The notes under the pieces were generated by a model. That model made no database searches and was not told the origin of the DNA. It saw only the letters and a list, made by a program, of their open reading frames with translations. From the NCBI GenBank assembly GCA_002269645.1, contig NIVC01003546.1:28009-92008 (forward strand): a stretch of 64,000 bases of DNA, given 5' to 3'. The stretch's first letter is position 1; every line of letters starts with the position of its first letter. Source of the DNA: Macrostomum lignano. Its lineage: Eukaryota. Positions 55,985-64,000 of this stretch are shown here, one piece after another. The position numbers were made by a program, and so were the translations under genes.

Positions 55985-56645
55985 GAATCTCATATTTCCA
56001 AATCTTATATCCCCCAAATCTCATATCCCTAAATCTCGTATCCTCAAATCTCATATCCCCAAATCTCATATCCCCAAATCTCATATCCCCAAATCTCGTA
56101 TCCTCAAATCTCAAAACCTCAAATCTCGTATTTCCAATCTCATATCCCCAAATCTCATATCCCCAAATCTCGTATCCTCAAATCTCGTATCCTCAAATCT
56201 CGTATCCTCAAATCTCGTATCCTCAAATCTCGTATCCTCAAATCTCGTATCCTCAAATCTCGTATCCTCAAATCTCGTATCCTCAAATCTCGTATCCCCA
56301 AATCTCGTATCCTCAAATCTCGTATCCTCAAATCTCGTATCCTCAAATCTCGTATCCTCAAATCTCATATCCCCAAATCTCGTATCCTCAAATCTCGTAT
56401 CCTCAAATCTCGTATCCTCAAATCTCGTATCCTCAAATCTCGTATCCTCAAATCTCATATCCTCAAATCTCATATCCCCAAATCTCATATCCCCAAATCT
56501 CGTATCCTCAAATCTCGTATCCTCAAATCTCGTATCCTCAAATCTCATATCCCCAAATCTCATAACCCCAAATCTCGTATTTGCAAATATCATATTCTCA
56601 AATATCACATTCCCAAATCTCATATCCCGAAATCCCATATCCCGC
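55985..56645 (+). repeat. 15-bp minisatellite (CAAATCTCGTATCCT)n
   Basis: About 43 units. Confidence 0.94.
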
Positions 56646-57424
56646 AGATCTCATATGCACTGTTTTAGTCTTGTATAGATATTCTGCTTTTAGGGAAGGC
56701 GGTTTGTATGGCAATTATCACTAAGGGCTTAAAATATTCGAAATATATGCACCAACAAAATTTTGGCACAAATGCGCAGTGAAATGTAAAACAGTACATC
56801 AGTCAGCTTACAGTGCTTCACCGTCCTTCGGAAAGCATCGTAGGTCACATGATCAAGTTCGTACAGAAGCAATCTTGGCCATAAACGCAGGTTATTAAGT
56901 TCTTACTGTTTCTGTAGATAAGTTCCATTTTTTCAACAGAAGAAATCGCGAACAGCAAATCGATAAAGTCAGTACACAAGTATGTACATATTTTGATTCT
57001 GCCTTTTAATTTTATGTACAAGTAGTGTACATCTGAACACCTTTTATAGCTGCGATTTTGCATATTCATTCATGCGAGTTAATGGCTAACCAAATGATCA
57101 TTCTGGAGTGAACAAAGAAAAGTACTTTTGGCCAAGGCTAATTAATTGCACATTCAATACACATTTACACCGCTGTCAAAAGAGAGAGACGTACCACTAC
57201 ACATAGCAGTGCAGTCGGGCCTAACGCAATCAATGTCAACTAGTATAGCATTGATCAGAAGAAGTACTTGACAGCCGTCAAATCTATATATGTGCGCTGA
57301 AAGTCAGTCTTGAATTAGTTTAAGCAGACTAAACACTGATTTAAACAATCTTAAATCCGAAGAGCATTCGGTGGTAAAATGTCAGTATCTTTGCCTTTTT
57401 GCTTTCTTATCTCCCATGCTCTTA

Positions 57425-57810
57425 TCCCTCTCCCTAATCAACTGATCCCTGTACCTAATTCCCTGAGCCCTCTCCATAATCCCCTGATCCTTCCTTCTCC
57501 CTAATCCCCTGATCCTTCTCCCTGATCCCCTGATCCTTCTCCCTAATCCCTGATTCCTCTCCCTAATCCCCTGATCCCTCTCCCTAATCATCTGATTCCT
57601 CTCCCTAATCCCCTGATCCCTCTCCCTAATCCCCTGATCCCTCTCCCTAATCCCACGATCCCTCTCCCTAATCATCTGATCCCTCTCCCTAATCCACTAA
57701 TCCCTGTACCTAATTCCCTGATCCCACTCCCTAATCCTTTGATTCCTCTCCCTAATCCTCTGATCCCTCTCCTTCATAATCGGATCCCTTAATACCCTAA
57801 TCCCCTGACC
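57425..57810 (+). repeat. 21-bp minisatellite (CCCTCTCCCTAATCCCCTGAT)n
   Basis: Direct reading; contains CCCTAA. Confidence 0.88.
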
Positions 57811-58601
57811 CTTGTTCGATCTCTCTCCCAATCTGATCAATGTTCCAGCCTCCCTATTCTATCTTCTAACTTCTATCATTGGTACGATATCGTTCCCCTC
57901 ATCATCTCGCATCGCACATTTTTAATCCCTACTCATCCACGCAATCATTGATGCAAAATGAAAATGAAAATTGAATTTTATCAAACAGAAACTGTTAATT
58001 TTCGCAGGTTTCTATAGCTTCATCTTGATAGCGCAGACTCGCCATGGAACTCTTTATCTTAACAAGTCAGCACAACCGCAGTGTAAATTCTGAATATCTT
58101 GTTAACAGCGGGGGGCACTGGGGTCTGGGGTTCTGTCGCCCAAGATAAGGCAAAGCCGGACCCAACTCTCAACCCTTCAGATTGAAATGTGTTTTTGCCG
58201 CTCAGAACTGTTTGCCCAGTTGCATAATAGCAAGACCGGGGTACGCAGATAAGACCGGCTCCTTCGTGAATTAGTTATACACACTCGCTCACCGCAGTGC
58301 CATCTGTCTGTCCTGGACATAGTCTGCTTCTGCTTGTAGTAAGAGTTTAGCCCATAGTGGACGGCAGTCAGTCAGTCTATTAAAGAGATCACCGCTGGGC
58401 GACGGGGGGGGGGCAGACGGAGCGATTGTCCAGCACCCCTGCGGCGCCTGTCCGTCAGGAGAAAATCCTGCACGCCCGACACCGAAATTATTAAGGGAGC
58501 TTTGAATAAATAATTTCCGATTAGGGGTGATTTCCTTTTTAATTGTGCTGTGGGAGTTTACTGGTTGGTGAAGATTCGGGTTAATATAGTGATAATGCAT
58601 T

Positions 58602-58745
58602 CATTGATGTCCCGCAACCATGCAGCGCTGAGGCAATTTTGCGCATTCCGCTGGCTCCTGAGCACATGCAAGCGCCCCAATGCTGTACGCAGGCACGCAC
58701 TCAGACACACGCTCACACAGGATGTACAGCGGCCCTGACTTTCTA
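58602..58745 (+). mobile_element. Dispersed repeat family copy C (5' part, truncated in hairpin loop)
   Basis: Matches 25190-25330. Confidence 0.78.
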
Positions 58746-58799
58746 AGGGTAGGCTCTGCTGAGCTACCTTGCCCCCCCCTTGTTTCAGGTTGATTAATA

Positions 58800-59205
58800 T
58801 TCGGGTTGGTGAAGATTCCGGTTGGTGAAGATTCAGGTTAGTGAAGATTCGGGTTGGTGAAGATTTGGGTTGGTGAAGATTCGGGTTGGTGAAGATTCGG
58901 GTTGGTGAAGATTCGGGTTGGTGAAGATTCGGGTTGGTGAAGATTCGGGTTGGTGAAGATTCGGGTTGGTGAAGATTCGGGTTGGTGAAGATTCGGGTTG
59001 GTGAAGATTCGGGTTGGTGAAGATTCGGGTTGGTGAAGATTAGGGTTGGTGAAGATTCGGGTTGGTGAAGATTCGGGTTGGTGAAGATTCGGGTTGGTGA
59101 AGATTCGGGTTGGTGAAGATTAGGGTTGGTGAAGATTCGGGTTGGTGAAGATTCGGGTTGATGGCGATTCGAGTTGGTGAAGATTCGTGTTGGTGAGGAT
59201 TCGCG
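58800..59205 (+). repeat. 16-bp minisatellite (GGTTGGTGAAGATTCG)n
   Basis: About 25 units. Confidence 0.95.
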
Positions 59206-60267
59206 AAGAATCGGTGGTCAGTATGGTTAGTTTTTCGAATTGACTCCCGGTTGTCATGACCACAAAGGCAAAGTCATGAGATTTTCGAGACTTTCCATTC
59301 ACGCCTGTCGACAAGCCCACACGACGCTTTTGTCCAAGCTCCTAATTAACATATGCAAATTAGTTGAATTTTATCAAAGCAATCGCTCGCGCAGATTTAG
59401 TTTGCGCAGCGCTACATGCTAGGCAATCCCGAATGCGAGATTTTCAAGTTCCGCGGATTATTGTCGCCGACACGCTCACTGACTTCGAACACTCCTAAGT
59501 TTGGTTTGCATGGCAACAAAAGAAAGGTTCCACGCAGATTGGAAATCTGCATAGTTACTCTTTCAGTTTAAATAGTCCTCTTTGTAGGCTCGGGTGTCCT
59601 ATAAAGAGAGTTTAGCAAGTACTGGTTGGCTCGGATTACCTGGGTCAAGCACCGTGTGTTAGTTTCTGTGGCGCATAATAGACTGTTGCGCAATAAGAGC
59701 CAGTCAAGGATGACTGTCTCGTACATAGATACTCTTATTCTAACTGGTAAATGGACCTAATTAAAGCGAGGTAGTGTCTCTGAGGTACAAAATTTCCACA
59801 CGTTTCAAGGTACGGATCGCCCCTCACACTCAACCAGGGCGTCCATTTTTATTGCTCGCCGTAATTCAACAGTGCTGGGCTCAATCAGTGTAATAAATTC
59901 TACACTCTGAGGAAGAGACAACACTGAAAATGTGTCCAATGGATGCACACCAGTGTGTATTGTATATAACTGTAAATAGTATAGGATGCAACCGTAGTTC
60001 ATCCAGATGATTTATGAACGCAATGCTCATCTCCATCAGGGCCATCAGTGCTTTTTGCCATTAAAAATGGGGCATCCGTTATCAGTTTTGGCCATCTAAT
60101 ACTGTTACTATAGTGGTTGTTGGAGTTGTGACTGCTTTTTTATTGTCCATCTACCTTAGAAATCGATTGAAAATATGGCATCATCGTTTGACCCTTTAAG
60201 TGCTTCACAATGACCAACTAAGCTTGGGCGGTCTAATTGATGGAGAGGAAGACTTCTAAGAGACTAC

Positions 60268-60580
60268 TGGCGCCCCTTGTGCTGGCGCCCCTGGTGCTGG
60301 CGCCCCTTGAGCTGGCGCCCCTGGTGCTGGCGCCCCTGGTGCTGGCGCCCCTGGTGCTGGCGCCCCTTGAGCTGGCGCCCCTGGTGCTGGCGCCCCTTGA
60401 GCTGGCGCCCCTGGTGCTGGCGCCCCTTGTGCTGGCGCCCCTGCTGCTAAAGCCCTGCTGCCAAAGCCCCTGCTGCTAAAGCCCCTGCTGCTAAAGCCCC
60501 TGCTGCTAAAGCCCCTGCTGCTAAAGCCCCTGCTGCTAAAGCCCCTGCTGCTAAAGCCCCTGCTGCTAAAGCCCCTGTTG
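60268..60580 (+). repeat. Two abutting 15-bp minisatellites (GGCGCCCCTGGTGCT)n then (GCCCCTGCTGCTAAA)n
   Basis: The unit switches at about 60440. Confidence 0.92.
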
Positions 60581-63500
60581 CTGTGGTGTTGGCAACCCTG
60601 CTGTCCCTTGGTGGTGGTGCCCTCTAAATGGCGCCTCTGGTACTGACGCCCCTCGCTGGCAACCCACGCTGCATGGCGCCCTTGGCCCCTCCCAAAAGGC
60701 AGCAATCAGTAAAAAATCCTGGTTACGTGTACTATCCTGAGATTGTTTCCATATAAATGCAAAATCCTTATGGCTGTAACCAAAATGCAAAAGTTGGCCA
60801 TCATGCAAGCATTCAAACAAATAAGAGTAGTTGTTATACATGTAACATGCGTCGCAGACTAAAACGAAATTCCAACCGCGTACACACCAACACACCGGTG
60901 TTTGCAGTCCACTCTCTCGCCTTCCATACTTTATAATATAATACACATTATACGGCACGTCTATTATGCATTTCCTACTCCGCACGTGTTCTAAAATGAA
61001 GCTTTAGCCGAGTGGGAAAGTGTGTGTTTGGTGTGTGAATTATTCGCCAAATAGGCAGGTGGGTGGGGCTGCGGTCAGGACCGGACTTTGCGAGATCAAA
61101 TTTTTAGCTCTTGTCCACTATATCTCTGTCCACACCTGGCCCCCTTGTCCGATATAGCTCAAGGTAAAGATCTTTGTTGCTAAGGCTCGGGCCCGTGCTC
61201 ACTTCATCTTCATATCGGCCATCTCGGGAATGGAAGAGAAGGCCGGAGGGATCAGGGCCAGGGGACTGGAAGGGAGGGATATGGCACCGCGTGAGCTAGA
61301 ATTATAATAAGTCTAAGAAAGAACCGCACTACTTATTAATTTAATTAGGGTTTCGCCATTCTCCTAGCCCGATTGAAAGCTTCCCACTTAAATGGGATTG
61401 GTAAGCTGTAGGAGGGAACTCGACATTTCCAATTGTTTCATATATTCCGGTCCCATGCCTGGGGGGATTCCTCAGCGGACCCACCTTTCTCAGAGATGGA
61501 AAATCTGAGATACTAAACACTACTACGTTGCTGTTAAGGAGAAGGTCTTTATGCTCACCCAAGCAGGGGTGGCGATCTGAGCCGAACCACGGACTACTAT
61601 CTACTAGTGGTCCTTGAGCCGAACAAGTCGAGAAAATTCAAAAGCGAGAATTTCTACTATTGTGTTTTCAATTACCCTAACCATGCAACCATTATAAAAT
61701 CAGTCGATCTAAACTAAACTTTGTTGATCGACTAGGTTCCGTGGTCACTCCTGTGCATATATGTACATGTACGCTTTTTCTTTTGATCATACGAGCTTTT
61801 TATATAAATTTTAAATTCATGATTGCTCTCTTGAAAGTTTAAAATTAATTACATTGAGGGCTTGCATACATGTCAGATACATATTTTTCTACAGCCATCG
61901 AGTAAACATCATTTATTCAGCACAAGTAAGCATTTAAAAGTAAATTAAATTATATTCATTTTCCTTCTCTTTAGCTTAGCTTTAGCGAGGGAATTCCTTA
62001 TTGATTTTATCCTAAGGTAGCTAAAAAATCACAGTTTCACACAAAATAGTTCTTACTTTAATCTATATAGAAAACCGTATAGTTGCAAATGTTGCCGTCT
62101 TGCCGAAAATGAATATTCTCCCAGATGGAAAATTTGTTATAATATTGTGATTATTAGAAACACGAAAAAACGAAACAACAAATTAAAAAGAGAACTCCGT
62201 CGTGGATCATGCTGCCATGAACATGTGACATTACACGATATCGGTTTTTGTCATTTTTGACTCATAAAACTGCAAGAATGTAGAGTAGGCCTAATAAACT
62301 AAGTAAATTAGATTTTTGCTTTACTATTAGATTAAAAAAAATGACTTTAATACCATAAGTTTTATTCAGATTCAGTCAATCATTTTTATTGAAATTTGCT
62401 AGGCCTAGGTTATATGCATATACTGGCAAAATTTCTCATGCTCATGTTTAGACACATAATTGACATTATCCTCAAAGCCAAAGACAGTATGGACAAATAT
62501 TAGAAAATCTCATTCAAACAGCATTTTTTAGTTGGTGGCACTTGGTGCATTACATTGTATTTTATTTTCTCTATTTTTGGAGCAAATAGCATGTTAGATT
62601 GTTAAAAACTTAACTATAATCTAAATGGTTTAATTAAAATGTATATGTATATAGTAGGGGCCTATATCTATACAATTCTGCCTAGTTTTATAAATAGCCC
62701 TAGTTAGGGAAGGGAAACAGGTTACAATTACAACTTACAGGGGCCATAAATTTCTTAAACCTTTTCAAGTGAAGCCTAGTCGCCTAGATTACTTACATTT
62801 CAGTCATTTGTTATACACTAGGCCCTAAATTTGAGTTGAGTTGATTAGGTTTACTTTTGACTTACACTGGGCCCATGCCAATAATAGGCATCTGCATCTC
62901 TACATATAAAAATCAAAACTCTGTCCGTCTTATATATATATATAATATTTTATTGTGCATTGTGCATTAATTAATATTAACTAAAGACCCACTAAAGAAT
63001 CAACTAGTTAGTCTAGACCTAGGATCTAATGGTGGTTATTTTTATACCAAAAAATAATAAAAAATATTTTGATATTTAAAAATGTTTTATACATTGGCAA
63101 TGCCCTCATTTTCTATTTTTAATTATTTTTTTACTAGTTGTTCTTCATTTTTAATGCAGCATAGCTAGATAATACAAGTACCTAAAACTATAGTACTTCT
63201 TACCAAATTGTAGCCATTGTGTTACCTAGGATAGACATTTTTATTGACAACTACCAAGCATACAATGCATTTTCTAACTACATATTTATCAATCACTGTT
63301 TATAATCTACATTTTTATTTGTTCTAAATAGCATAGGCCTAACTATACTATATATACAAACATCTATATAAAGGCACCTAGATATACATGAAAATGGAAT
63401 TTCATAGCTGGCATAGTACTAGTGACACTTTGAATTCCTACTAATTTCCTCTAATATCAAATCTACCTTGAGAAGTGCTTTACCTCATTAGTTTACCTTT

Positions 63501-64000
63501 TAACTATTAGGTAGAATAGCTGCACTATTAGGACATTATAGGCTTAGGATCTAGCCTATAATAATAATTGATAGTTCAAGTCTACCTCATGGCTAACAAT
63601 TAATAATGGTTAATGATATAATAAATGTCTAATTGTAATTAATTGAAAGCTAATATAAGGTTACAGAACTTTTGTTCATTGTTATAAAATGTTTTAATAT
63701 TGATATACACCCTTAATACTCTATATAAAGGTTTTTTGTTACTAAAAAATATCAATCATTATCTTGAATGGCAGTGAGGCATATTAATTGAGTTTTATTG
63801 TTAATTTTTACCAATTAGTCAACAGTTTTTTATTTCTAAATTAGTTTCTTGTTTTATATCAAAATCTATTTGTAATTAATTTCAGGAGTCTGCAGTTCAC
63901 ATCTCTGGCAGTTTTGGCATCAAACAGCATAATGAATCTCATCAGGGCCATGCATCTTCCATTAATGTGTATGCCTGGTTTTGTGCAACTGCCTCAAACT

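Noticed and set aside
61700-64000. Very AT-rich tail as a gene or a matrix-attachment region
   Set aside because: No ORF, splice pattern or repeat structure was recognised, and AT richness alone is not evidence.

Overview
Eukaryotic (metazoan) genomic DNA with GC-rich coding exons and introns packed with simple and minisatellite repeats. The style resembles the flatworm Macrostomum, but this is inference and not shown by the sequence. Six spliced or intronless protein genes were rebuilt by hand with GT-AG junctions and consistent phases. (1) A CDKL1-like kinase (+, 1286-10725) whose first coding exon is not in the window. (2) An SLC9B/NHA-type Na+/H+ antiporter (+, 15346-26616). (3) An orphan Gln/Pro-rich two-exon protein (-, 30856-32505). 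(4) A secreted intronless C-type lectin (-, 35538-36278). (5) A 7-exon LRR-transmembrane receptor ending in a divergent TIR-like domain, i.e. Toll-like architecture (-, 39813-45157). (6) A DVE/Compass (SATB-family) double-homeobox gene (-, 49775-54451). The window also has about 30 tandem arrays, a tRNA-headed CORE-like SINE, a 297-bp MITE, a 1.15-kb foldback element, a dispersed hairpin-containing repeat family, and a near-identical 351-bp duplication bracketing the kinase. The best candidate for something new is the TLR-like receptor. The headless tandem-duplicated kinase and a minisatellite made of a 5' splice site come next. No rRNA, intact tRNA or CRISPR array was found.
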